A stretch of DNA of 64,000 nt, taken from the NCBI GenBank assembly GCA_964607575.1, contig CAZSLS010000008.1:9799-73798 (forward strand), in the 5' to 3' direction. Positions 54,428 through 63,341 of this stretch are shown one piece after another. The stretch's first letter is position 1; each line of letters opens with the position of its first letter. The notes beneath the pieces are model-generated. The model made no database searches. It was not told the DNA's origin and saw only the letters and a list, made by a program, of their open reading frames with translations. This stretch comes from an uncultured Planctomycetaceae bacterium (GTDB lineage: Bacteria; Planctomycetota; Phycisphaerae; SM23-33). A program made the position numbers and the translations under genes.

Positions 54428-55090
54428 GTGTCACAGATCGCGCCTCTTTCGCCAGTTACAGACTGTCAGGACGGGTGGCATAAGCCGGAATTGAGCGGGA
54501 TAAGCGGAATAGCAAAGGGTTACGAACGGGAGGATCTGCAACAGCGAATCGCCGATACCGTCGAAGGGTATCGACAAGCCGCGATCCGGCTGGCGGCGAG
54601 GTTTATGAAACCGCTGCTCGAGAAACAGATCGAAGTCGCACTCGAAGGCAATGGCGAAACGTCGCGCAGGTGCCGCGAGTTCCTGCTCAAGACGTTCATG
54701 ATCTCGCTACCCCAACAAGCCGCCAAACGCGCCGGCGGCAAGCAACTCGATGGTATCGTCCTGTACAAGAGTTTGACGGAACTACCGCCTGATTTGAAGG
54801 ATCGGGTCATCAAAGAACTCGGCGGACCGACGGAAGAACGGTTTGCAACCACTGAAAACACAGAAAGCACGGAAGCGGAAGAACCAACGGTTTCGCCGAC
54901 GCCGGATCCGCCGCCAGTTGCCAAGCCGTCCGATAAGAAGAAAAAAGAGGTCCCGCCTCCGTTTTCTACAAAGGTCACTCTCCCCGATGGCAGGAGGATC
55001 TACCGCGAGACTATCCGCCTGATCGAAGAAGCGGAAGCAGAGGCCGCCGCGAACCCACCAAGACGAAGAATCCCGCGGAGTCCACCGTAA
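54428..55090 (+). CDS. Hypothetical protein with a Pro/Glu/Lys-rich C-terminal half
   Basis: GTG start at 54428 (uncertain). Coding-like codon usage. No family recognised. Confidence 0.45.
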   Translation: MSQIAPLSPVTDCQDGWHKPELSGISGIAKGYEREDLQQRIADTVEGYRQAAIRLAARFMKPLLEKQIEVALEGNGETSRRCREFLLKTFMISLPQQAAKRAGGKQLDGIVLYKSLTELPPDLKDRVIKELGGPTEERFATTENTESTEAEEPTVSPTPDPPPVAKPSDKKKKEVPPPFSTKVTLPDGRRIYRETIRLIEEAEAEAAANPPRRRIPRSPP

Positions 55091-55116
55091 TCGGTGAGCA
55101 GTAATCGGTGACGGAA
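55089..55116 (+). repeat. Tandem heptanucleotide repeat beginning in the stop codon
   Basis: (T)AATCGGT GAGCAGT AATCGGT GACGGAA. The units are the same as at 7804..7831, and there are stops in all three frames. Confidence 0.7.
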
Positions 55117-55290
55117 CAACAGTCTCCGCAGTCACCCCGTTTAGCGGCAGGGCTCACGCGCCCGCCTCGTCCCGACGCAGTCGGGAATGTCGTTCGCATC
55201 AAGACCCCGCTCCTACGGTTGGTCGCTAATTGTCGGCCGCTGATGGTCGGGCAATACGCTTTTTGAAAAGTGAATAGGGTTTAGATTCAG

Positions 55291-55359
55291 CCCGGATATC
55301 TCACGCGATCCTCCGCGCCGACGGGGCGCCCCGCGCGCTGCCCGCGTGAGATATCCGGG
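55291..55359. repeat. Perfect 17-bp inverted repeat with a 35-nt GC-rich spacer
   Basis: cccggatatctcacgcg (55291-55307) pairs with cgcgtgagatatccggg (55343-55359), inside a ~600-nt ORF-free gap between convergent genes. Confidence 0.7.
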
Positions 55360-55702
55360 TTGGGGTTCGCCGTGCAAATGGGGTCAGAGCGCCGTTAGGC
55401 GTTAGTGACGAACATTCAGTCCGCTAAGGTCCAACGTTGCGTCGTGCCCATGATCAATTATGGGCTTTTGCCCTTGTTTTTAAGGGTCAATTGAGATCGA
55501 TTCGGCCGCATGATGCGACCGGCGTTAAATCGACGTCGGGGTCAGGCAAATTAAAATGACCCCTTTTCACTTCGCAACGGCCGACACGCCCAAGAGCATC
55601 AGCGCCGCAAGGACGGCGCGCAGGAGTGTTCGCATCAGATAGCTTGTCGTCATGGTGTTGTTCTTCATGGTTGGCTTGGTGATAACAGACGGTCCCGACA
55701 GT

Positions 55703-58159
55703 CTATCGCCCCGGTTTCAGCGCGAACGACTTGATGGCCAGTCCTTTCTGCGGAGGGTTGCAGCGCAAAAACCGCAGTGTGTTGGCGCCCTTTTTGAGGG
55801 TGAGCGTGACCGGCTCGGAGTCCTGCCACTTGCCGACCGTGAAGGGCATCGTCATGGTGACCTTGGACTCGTCATTGGCAGAGACGACGAGTTGCTGATT
55901 GTAATTGGCCGTGACCACGCGCGCCGTCAACGAGTACTTGCCCGATCGCGGGACGGTGATCTCGTACTCAAAGTTCGATTTCGTGCCCTGACTCGGCCCG
56001 GTCGGGTCCTTCTTCGGACTTTTCGCGTAGTAGTCTCGGACATACGTGTCCGATATTCGCTCGCAAACGTTACCGTATATGTCGTATAGGCCCCACGGAT
56101 TGGGCTTCTTCTTGCCTACCGGATGCGACTTGCCGCCGGCGTTGTCCTTGAACCAGGCATAGTCTCCCAGCCGCGCCGGATCGTTGCCGAAGAACCATCG
56201 CGTGTCTTTGCCCGCGCGGGAGGCATACTCCCACTCGGCTTCGGTGGGAAGCCGCACTTCCCGACCTGTCTTCTCGGCGAGGTTCTCACAGAATTTCAGC
56301 GCGTCCGGCGCCGCGACGTTGTCAACCGGGCAGTCCGGGGCCTTGGTCGATCTGCTGGGGTTCGAGCCCATGACGGCTTGGTACTGCGCCTGGGTCACCT
56401 CGTACTTGCCCAGATAGAATCCCCTGGTGAGCGTGACCGCGTGCTTCGGTAACTCGACGCAGTGGAACCTTCCGTCGGTCTTGCTTTCGCCTCCCATCGC
56501 GAACGCTCCGGGCTTGATGTAGACCATCTCCATCGTCACGCCGTCGGCCAGCTTGAGCGTCAGTGTACGCGGGGCCCGGTTGCTGGCATGCGTGACCGCC
56601 GCCCGTAAACCCCAGTTGTTGTATCTACCATATCCGCCGCTGAGCAGCCGCCTCCCGGAGGTGCATGCCGGGGCGTCGCCCTTCCACGTTCCGCCGCGCA
56701 GAACAGTTTGGCCCTTAGGGGAGAAACGCGGGAGGAATATCTGCAGACCGCCGGCGAAGCTCTTCATGGCCTTGACATCCTTTGTGCTTCCGGAGGGCTT
56801 GCTGTATGCGGCGGCCGGTATCGATATGACGCCGCCGGAGCCGTAGACGATCTTCTTGTCCTCGGTGGTCTCCGGGCGGGCCGTAGCCTTCTCTTTTCCG
56901 TCCGCCTCGCCCAGGTTCTCGCCGACGGCCTTGAGCGCCTCGGCCTTGGTTTCCTTTATGATCGCTCGCTGAGTTTTGAGCGCCACACTGCTCCAGAATT
57001 CGGGCTTCCCTCCATCCCCGTAGGTGGGCTTCTCGCCCAGAACGTCGCCAGCCCAGTAGGCGCGTTTGACCTGCAGATACGCCGTGGCGTTACTGCGTGC
57101 CTGTGTAGTGGCCAGGAAAGCTCTGTCACTGGGGTATCGTCCGGCGTAATTGGAGCCCTTGCCGCCGCCCCATCCCGGTCCCAGGCAGACGACCCAACCC
57201 TTGGGCGTCCAGCGCGCCAGGGCCGCGTGGCCTCGACTGGGACGGGGAATGGTCGGAATCCCCCAGGCTCGCAACATAAATCGCCCGAAGAACGCGCGCC
57301 GGCCGCACACGCCTCCGTTCATAAGAATGTTCTGAAAGAACTGGAGTTCCGGCCTGTCGTATTTATTGTCCCCCGACCCGTACTTAACGTCACTCGAGAC
57401 GATACCCACATAGCGCCAGGAGTGGCTGGGTTGGTAGACATGGTCTGGACGGAAGTTGCGGAGTGTCTGGCGCCCCCAGGCGAGGGTCTCGTCCGGCTCG
57501 TGCCCGTCAACGACCATTCGCAGGTCCCAGGTGCTCAGACCTTTGAACGCCGAATCCAGTTCGCCGCCCAGGTAGGCCTTTTCGTAATGCAGGTAGCGCC
57601 TCGCCGGGTCAATGATCTCAGGTCCATCGGCAAGAGCCTTGGGATTTTGCCGGCTGACGGGAATCGCATGCTCCAGGGCGATGGCCAGCGCCAGCCGCTG
57701 CAAAACGCCTTTGGACGCCTTGTCGCTCACCTTCCGGATGACGGTGTAGATCTTCATCGTCGGGCCGTACTCCGCCGGGCCATACCCGCGGCCCTTTCGT
57801 GCGGCTTTGGCCCCGTCGGCGACCAGCATCTGCTTCATGAGGTCGGCGTCCGCCAGCAGCTTCTCGACCAGCGCCGCCTGTGCCTTTCCCTGCCCGGCGA
57901 ACTGGGCCAACCCTTGAGGCGTGGCCTTGAGCAGGACGACGTATTTGGCGAGCTTGGCGTCCAACGCGTCGCTTGCAAGGAACTTACTTACCGCACCGGC
58001 GCTGGCTTTCTGCGGGATCTTCGCTTTGAGTTCGGTGCGCAGTTTGTCGAGCATTCCCGAGTACCGCTTGACGAGCTGCTGCTCTGTCGCCGCCTCAGCA
58101 GCGCCGGCGCAAACGACCAAAGAGGCAAGTAAGATGAGGATGAACAATCTGGATTTCAT
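55703..58159 (-). CDS. Secreted multidomain protein with an FGE/SUMF1-like domain and a C-terminal beta-sandwich
   Basis: Signal MKSRLFILILLASLVVCAGAAEA. FGE-like blocks IKPGAFAMGGE, RLPTEAEWEYASRAG and NPWGLYDIYGNVCERISD. The usual C-terminal RGGSW..GFR block is not seen. Confidence 0.65.
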   Translation of the reverse strand: MKSRLFILILLASLVVCAGAAEAATEQQLVKRYSGMLDKLRTELKAKIPQKASAGAVSKFLASDALDAKLAKYVVLLKATPQGLAQFAGQGKAQAALVEKLLADADLMKQMLVADGAKAARKGRGYGPAEYGPTMKIYTVIRKVSDKASKGVLQRLALAIALEHAIPVSRQNPKALADGPEIIDPARRYLHYEKAYLGGELDSAFKGLSTWDLRMVVDGHEPDETLAWGRQTLRNFRPDHVYQPSHSWRYVGIVSSDVKYGSGDNKYDRPELQFFQNILMNGGVCGRRAFFGRFMLRAWGIPTIPRPSRGHAALARWTPKGWVVCLGPGWGGGKGSNYAGRYPSDRAFLATTQARSNATAYLQVKRAYWAGDVLGEKPTYGDGGKPEFWSSVALKTQRAIIKETKAEALKAVGENLGEADGKEKATARPETTEDKKIVYGSGGVISIPAAAYSKPSGSTKDVKAMKSFAGGLQIFLPRFSPKGQTVLRGGTWKGDAPACTSGRRLLSGGYGRYNNWGLRAAVTHASNRAPRTLTLKLADGVTMEMVYIKPGAFAMGGESKTDGRFHCVELPKHAVTLTRGFYLGKYEVTQAQYQAVMGSNPSRSTKAPDCPVDNVAAPDALKFCENLAEKTGREVRLPTEAEWEYASRAGKDTRWFFGNDPARLGDYAWFKDNAGGKSHPVGKKKPNPWGLYDIYGNVCERISDTYVRDYYAKSPKKDPTGPSQGTKSNFEYEITVPRSGKYSLTARVVTANYNQQLVVSANDESKVTMTMPFTVGKWQDSEPVTLTLKKGANTLRFLRCNPPQKGLAIKSFALKPGR

Positions 58160-58298
58160 GTCAGACTCCTGATAATGAGATGTGATATCTCGATTAACTT
58201 ACTGATAGAAAATTCGATTTTGCATGTACGTGCCTGGGTGGCCCGGGGGGTGAGGAGTTTAAAACTTCTTCATTCCATATAACGCACTGCAAAACAGT

Positions 58299-59744
58299 TT
58301 ACCAATCATCCGTGCGGAACGGTGCGGCTGGTAAATTCGCACCGTTGTACAGTGTGCCGTGGGCGGTGTTCATGGTGAACAAGTAACGTGCCGCAACGGG
58401 CTGCTTGACTTCCTTGGAGGTCAGGACGACTTTATCGCCTTCAATCTTTGCGTCGGCCCAAGCCCATTTTTTGTCGGCGCCGGCGATGGCAAAGCCTTTG
58501 ACGGCGTCCACAGGTTTGGGGTCCTCAATATTCTTCTTGCCACGTTCTTTCATGGCGGCCTTGAGGCCCTTGCAATGCTCAAAGGAGATCGTTGCTTTGC
58601 CATCTTTGAACTCAGCGGACTTGAAGAGCGGCCCGGAATAGACGAGGTCTTTCTTTCCGTAGTCCTTAGCGAGCGCCCAGAGTGCGAGGCGACGACCAAC
58701 GTCGTACTTATTGTGAGGATGGATATTGCGAGGATCACCAATGTCGGTTAGGACTGCCATCCCTGTGTTTGGCAGCGTGAGACATTTTCGCTGTGCTTCT
58801 CGGACTTTTGCCCAACCGTCACCACCAGCGGGCTTTGCGTTGGGAGCCCTGAAACTGGCGAGCTGTGCGAAATAGAGCGGGAAGTCACCTTGCCCCCAGA
58901 CCTTCTTCCAACCTTCGTGGAGAGCCTTCTTTTTCTGGAAGTAGGTTTCGCCCTCGCCACCGTTGGATTCACCCTGGTACCAGATTGCTCCGCGGATCGC
59001 GTAAGGCGCGGCGGTGGCGCCCATCCCGTTGAACATTCCCGAGTAACCTCTCGGCTTCCAATTCTTGTCGAACCCCTTCATGACGTCGTAACCCTCTTGA
59101 GGTACCCAGGGCTCAATTCTGCAACCACCCCAATTGCAACCAATCAGGCCGACGGGAACGCCGAGCTCTTTGTTGATTACGGAGGCGAAGTAAAAACCAG
59201 CGGCGGTGAATTTTCCGACCGTCTTGGAAGAGCAAACCGTCCAGGGCATCTGGACTGCCGTCTTCCTGGTAGGTTGTTTGGCCTGTTTATGCGGGAACTT
59301 AATGTGACGAATCAAGCCGAGCTCGTCGGGCTTGACGTGCTTGGGCATAATGCTGCCGCCATAACCGATTCCCTCGCGTGTGACCGTCTGCTCCATATTC
59401 GATTGACCCGAGCAGAACCAGACCTCGCCGACGAGGATGCCGGAAAGCGTGACCGTGGTGCCATCGCCAGTGACGGTCATTTTTTGCGGCTTCTTGTCGA
59501 CCTTAAGGGCCTTAAGATTCAGGCTCCACGCGCCTTCTTTGTCGGCCTTAGCCTTGACGGTTTGCCCTGCGAAGGTGACACTCACCTCGGAGTTGGGCTT
59601 GGCCCAGCCCCAGACGGGAACCTCCATCCCTTGCTGCAAAACAGCATGGTCGGTGAACATAGGCGAAAGCTCGAGGGCTTGGGCCAGCGGCGGGGCAACG
59701 GTCAACGCGAGCAGCAGTAAAATTGCAGTGGAGAATCTTTTCAT
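58299..59744 (-). CDS. Sialate O-acetylesterase (SASA family)
   Basis: Signal peptide. VLQQGMEVPVWGWA, GEVWFCSGQSNME, GAIWYQGESN and IHPHNKYDVGRRLA. Confidence 0.8.
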   Translation of the reverse strand: MKRFSTAILLLLALTVAPPLAQALELSPMFTDHAVLQQGMEVPVWGWAKPNSEVSVTFAGQTVKAKADKEGAWSLNLKALKVDKKPQKMTVTGDGTTVTLSGILVGEVWFCSGQSNMEQTVTREGIGYGGSIMPKHVKPDELGLIRHIKFPHKQAKQPTRKTAVQMPWTVCSSKTVGKFTAAGFYFASVINKELGVPVGLIGCNWGGCRIEPWVPQEGYDVMKGFDKNWKPRGYSGMFNGMGATAAPYAIRGAIWYQGESNGGEGETYFQKKKALHEGWKKVWGQGDFPLYFAQLASFRAPNAKPAGGDGWAKVREAQRKCLTLPNTGMAVLTDIGDPRNIHPHNKYDVGRRLALWALAKDYGKKDLVYSGPLFKSAEFKDGKATISFEHCKGLKAAMKERGKKNIEDPKPVDAVKGFAIAGADKKWAWADAKIEGDKVVLTSKEVKQPVAARYLFTMNTAHGTLYNGANLPAAPFRTDDW

Positions 59745-60405
59745 TGTTGGTTTTCCTTATATTTAACTTTAGAAACGGTCTGTCTATTGTTTTCTTGCGG
59801 GCTTATCTTTTTCCTACCGGCCTGAGTGGTACGCCGCTTCAGCCCTGTTCACCATCCGGCGCATCCGTTTGGGCCCGGGGACCGTCCCCAGGCCGATTGA
59901 AAACAACATGATATCCGATCTGGCCTCGGTGGGGAAGGTGTTTCAAGCATATAGCGTTTGGTTCACGTACCGGGTACCCTGCTCGGCAGCCGACTCCCTG
60001 AACTTCTTGGTGTTGCTGCCGTATTACCATGTTATTTGTGCGAAACCCCCTAGAAACACAGCGTAACGGCACACGATCCCCAGAAAGAAAAACGGCGGCT
60101 TTCTGGGGGCTTCTTGGGTCCGTAGACTCGAACCGAGGGCAGACCCATAAGTACCAAGTATTTACAATAGACTATTGCCCTGAATCGTGAACATCCCTCG
60201 CAGAATATGCGGGAAATTGTGGCTTTGGCTCGCCGCCCAGGCCTTAGATTCAGGTTGCATAGTGTGCTGTGTCGGATACCATTACTGTGGAAGCCCCACG
60301 ATGGTCGCGGGCGCAATGCTATCTGGGAAATCCCAGGTGAAACCTAGGGAAGGGCGAGGAGTACAAACAGTGTTACTGATGGGTGAGAATGACCGTTGCG
60401 GACAC

Positions 60406-63168
60406 ATGAGTTCAATCGCTGTATTCGTGCTTGTAGCTACTCTTGGCTTCTCTGCGGCAACCGTATCGGGCGCAGACAAGAAGACCGACAGCGGAGCGTA
60501 TGCGAAAGTCCGTGAGAGATGTACCAGGCGGATGAAGTCGGTCCTCATGCTGCGTGAGAAACTACGGGAATCGTCCGCATCCAAGTTTTCCGATCCGCGT
60601 TTCGCCCGGCGTCTGGGCGAATGGGAGAAGGCATCTGCGGAGTTCGCGGTAGAGCGGGACCTTCAGGAATACGAGAAGGCCTTTGACCGCGTGTATTCCA
60701 TGGCGCGCTGGATTCGCCTGCGGATGCTCGGTATCGATCGCCTGCTGGCCGTTCACCGCAGTCCGGTCCGCAGCGGGCACGTCTACGAATACCATACTCC
60801 CGGATATGAACGGGGCGGCTCGCCGGGCGGTGGAATATATGCCTGTGTGCCGGGGCCGGACGGCTTCAAGCGGCGGAAGATCGTTGATGCCGGGAAAGGT
60901 CTGATCGCGCGATGCGACCTGTCCTTTGACGGGCGGGAGATACTGTTCAACTGGAGAAAGCCCGGTAAACGTTTCCAGGTCTATCGCGTCAACGTCGACG
61001 GCAGCGGACTGAAGCAGTTGACCACAGGCAAGTATGACAACTACGACGCAGTCTGGCTGCCGGTCGGGGACGTCGTGTTCGTCAGTAACCGTGACAGGCA
61101 GTGGGCGCTGTGCTTGTGGACTTCGATGGGCGTCCTGTATCGCATGGATCGCGACGGCGGAAAGCAGCGGCGCATCTCCTTCAATTACCTTCAGGACTTT
61201 ACGCCCAAAGTCACCAGTGACGGGCGGATCATGTTCTCCCGCTGGGACTACGTGGACCGCCCGGTCCAGCCCACCAAGGGAATCTGGACGATGGACCCCG
61301 ACGGCAGCATGATGCGGGGGTATTACGGCAATCGCGTACTCAGCCCGAAGTCATTTGTGGACGCCCAGAGCATTCCAGGTACGCAACGGGTCCTTTGCAC
61401 CTGGGCGGGGCATTTGGGTTGGCTCAACGGGGCCCTCGGCACGATTGACCCGACGCGGGGTGACAACACCCAAGCCGCCATTACGAGCCTGACGCCCGAA
61501 TGCGACACCGGGAAGGTGGATCAATATCGCCCCAACAGTGATTTTCTCGGCCGCTATGAGACCCCGTATCCGATCGACGGGAAGCACTATCTCTTCTCGC
61601 ATAACGGCGATGCCATGCTGCGCGACTTCGCCGGAACCGAAGAGTGGCTGATTCTGGGGCGGAAGGACGGTAAGGGTTTCTACTCGCCCCGCCCGCTCCG
61701 ACCGCGGACAAAACCGCCCGTGCGGCGCTCGGCGCTGGCGCCCAGTGCGGGCAAATGGGCCAGCGTGATCGTGCAGGACGTCTACGAAGGCCTCCTGCCG
61801 CACGTCAAACGCGGCGAAGTCAAACAGATCTACGTTGTGCAGGAACTGCCCAAAGCCGGCCCTACAAACAAACTCCGACGCAAGGGCCTGGACGGTCATC
61901 AGTTCACGGTGGTTTCCGGGCATGGGACTTTCGCGGCCAAGAAGATTTGGGGCTACGCCGCCGTGGAGGCCGACGGGTCGGCGCATTTCAAAGTGCCCGC
62001 CGACTTGCCGATCTACTTCATGGCGATCGACACGGCCGGCAGGGCAGTCCAGCGGATGCGGACGTGGATGCAGTTCCGTCCCGGCGAGAGGCAAAGCTGC
62101 ATCGGCTGCCACGAATCGCGCCTCGCGGCTCCGAGGCCCGGGCAGCGGCCTCTGGCGATGAAACGCGGGGCCCAGGAACTAAAACTGCCGGAGTGGGGAT
62201 CTGACGGGTTCAGCTATCCCCGACTCATTCAGCCGATATGGGACCGCTATTGTCTGCGCTGTCACGACGGTAAGAAGAAGCCCATGGACCTCGATTTCCG
62301 CGACTCGATGACAACGCACTTCTCTACGTCCTACGATCTACTCGTACCGTGGCGATGGGCTCGCAACCCGAACGGGTACGAGAAGGAGCATGGGCGCAAA
62401 CCCTACGTGAACTGGGTTCCGACCACGAGTTGGTCCGGATCGGAAAAGCACGTCAGAAACATAACGCCGAATAAGTGGGGTTCGCCGGCAAGCCGGCTGG
62501 CGGAGGTCATTCTCTCCGGGCATCCGGATAAGAAGGGCAAGAAACGCATCAAGATGGACGAAAAAAGCCGGCGCCGCGTCTTTGCGTGGATCGACCTGAA
62601 CGTTCCTTTCTACGGTTCCTACGAGGAACCAGTGTACCAGGACGCCAAAACGCTCCAGCAGCGGAAGAAGATGCTGCAGAACGTAAATGGCTGGAGCGAA
62701 ACGCTCGTCTATGGCGGCCGAGCGAAGTACGGTTCGTTCCTGGGAAGGATGATGAAGGACTACGCACGCTGCGCGAGCGGCCAGAAGGAAGTCGCTTGGC
62801 TGACCGGGCCGGTCCCCGAGAATCTCGATACGAAAGGTTCGTATACCTTCACGTGGATCGCCGCCCTGGGCTACATCAGTCAGCCGGCGACGGAGTTTCA
62901 GCTCCTGCTGGACGACAAACCGCTGGTCAAGTTCACCGTCACGCACAAAGATACAACCTGGAGCAGCGCCGACGGCGCCGTGGCGCTTCGTTTCCTCCCC
63001 GTGAGTGAAGAGGGCAGCGGGCAGGATCGCGTCGGGTTCATGGAGTTGAAGCTGCCTGCCGGGATGTTGAAGCCCGGACAGAAGGCCAAACTCCGGGTCC
63101 TCGCCCCGCAAACCGGAAGCCGCCGCTGGTTCGCGGTCTATCACTACCCCGGCGAAAAGAAACATTGA
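60406..63168 (+). CDS. Secreted HzsA-like protein (beta-propeller plus two CXXCH motifs), paralog of 11298..15140
   Basis: ATG at 60406 (MSSIAVFVLVATLGFSAATVSG). VDGSGLKQL, RDGGKQRRI, TSDGRIMFSRWDY, MDPDGSMMRGYYG, CIGCHE, CLRCHD and [12 protein letters not shown] are collinear with the 11.3-kb protein. Confidence 0.7.
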   Translation: MSSIAVFVLVATLGFSAATVSGADKKTDSGAYAKVRERCTRRMKSVLMLREKLRESSASKFSDPRFARRLGEWEKASAEFAVERDLQEYEKAFDRVYSMARWIRLRMLGIDRLLAVHRSPVRSGHVYEYHTPGYERGGSPGGGIYACVPGPDGFKRRKIVDAGKGLIARCDLSFDGREILFNWRKPGKRFQVYRVNVDGSGLKQLTTGKYDNYDAVWLPVGDVVFVSNRDRQWALCLWTSMGVLYRMDRDGGKQRRISFNYLQDFTPKVTSDGRIMFSRWDYVDRPVQPTKGIWTMDPDGSMMRGYYGNRVLSPKSFVDAQSIPGTQRVLCTWAGHLGWLNGALGTIDPTRGDNTQAAITSLTPECDTGKVDQYRPNSDFLGRYETPYPIDGKHYLFSHNGDAMLRDFAGTEEWLILGRKDGKGFYSPRPLRPRTKPPVRRSALAPSAGKWASVIVQDVYEGLLPHVKRGEVKQIYVVQELPKAGPTNKLRRKGLDGHQFTVVSGHGTFAAKKIWGYAAVEADGSAHFKVPADLPIYFMAIDTAGRAVQRMRTWMQFRPGERQSCIGCHESRLAAPRPGQRPLAMKRGAQELKLPEWGSDGFSYPRLIQPIWDRYCLRCHDGKKKPMDLDFRDSMTTHFSTSYDLLVPWRWARNPNGYEKEHGRKPYVNWVPTTSWSGSEKHVRNITPNKWGSPASRLAEVILSGHPDKKGKKRIKMDEKSRRRVFAWIDLNVPFYGSYEEPVYQDAKTLQQRKKMLQNVNGWSETLVYGGRAKYGSFLGRMMKDYARCASGQKEVAWLTGPVPENLDTKGSYTFTWIAALGYISQPATEFQLLLDDKPLVKFTVTHKDTTWSSADGAVALRFLPVSEEGSGQDRVGFMELKLPAGMLKPGQKAKLRVLAPQTGSRRWFAVYHYPGEKKH

Positions 63169-63341
63169 AGGACGCCGCTTCCTGCTTGTCCGATCACTGG
63201 AAGCGGCAACCATGCAAGACGTTCAACTCGGCGGATGCAAACGAGGGCTCGAGTGAGTCCCGCTTGTCTATCCGTCGCCGTCTCCGGGCGTCGCGCCGTC
63301 GGCAAGTTGGAAGTATCAAGAAAATTCAAAGGAGAATCACA

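Noticed and set aside
60109-60185. tRNA-like fragment (GGTTCGAGTC T-loop-like sequence on the minus strand) next to a 10-bp perfect hairpin at 60078-60108
   Set aside because: I could not build a cloverleaf. The T-stem halves (CCTCG / CTACG) do not pair and no acceptor stem exists. It may be a relic or chance, and there is no matching direct repeat or integrase.
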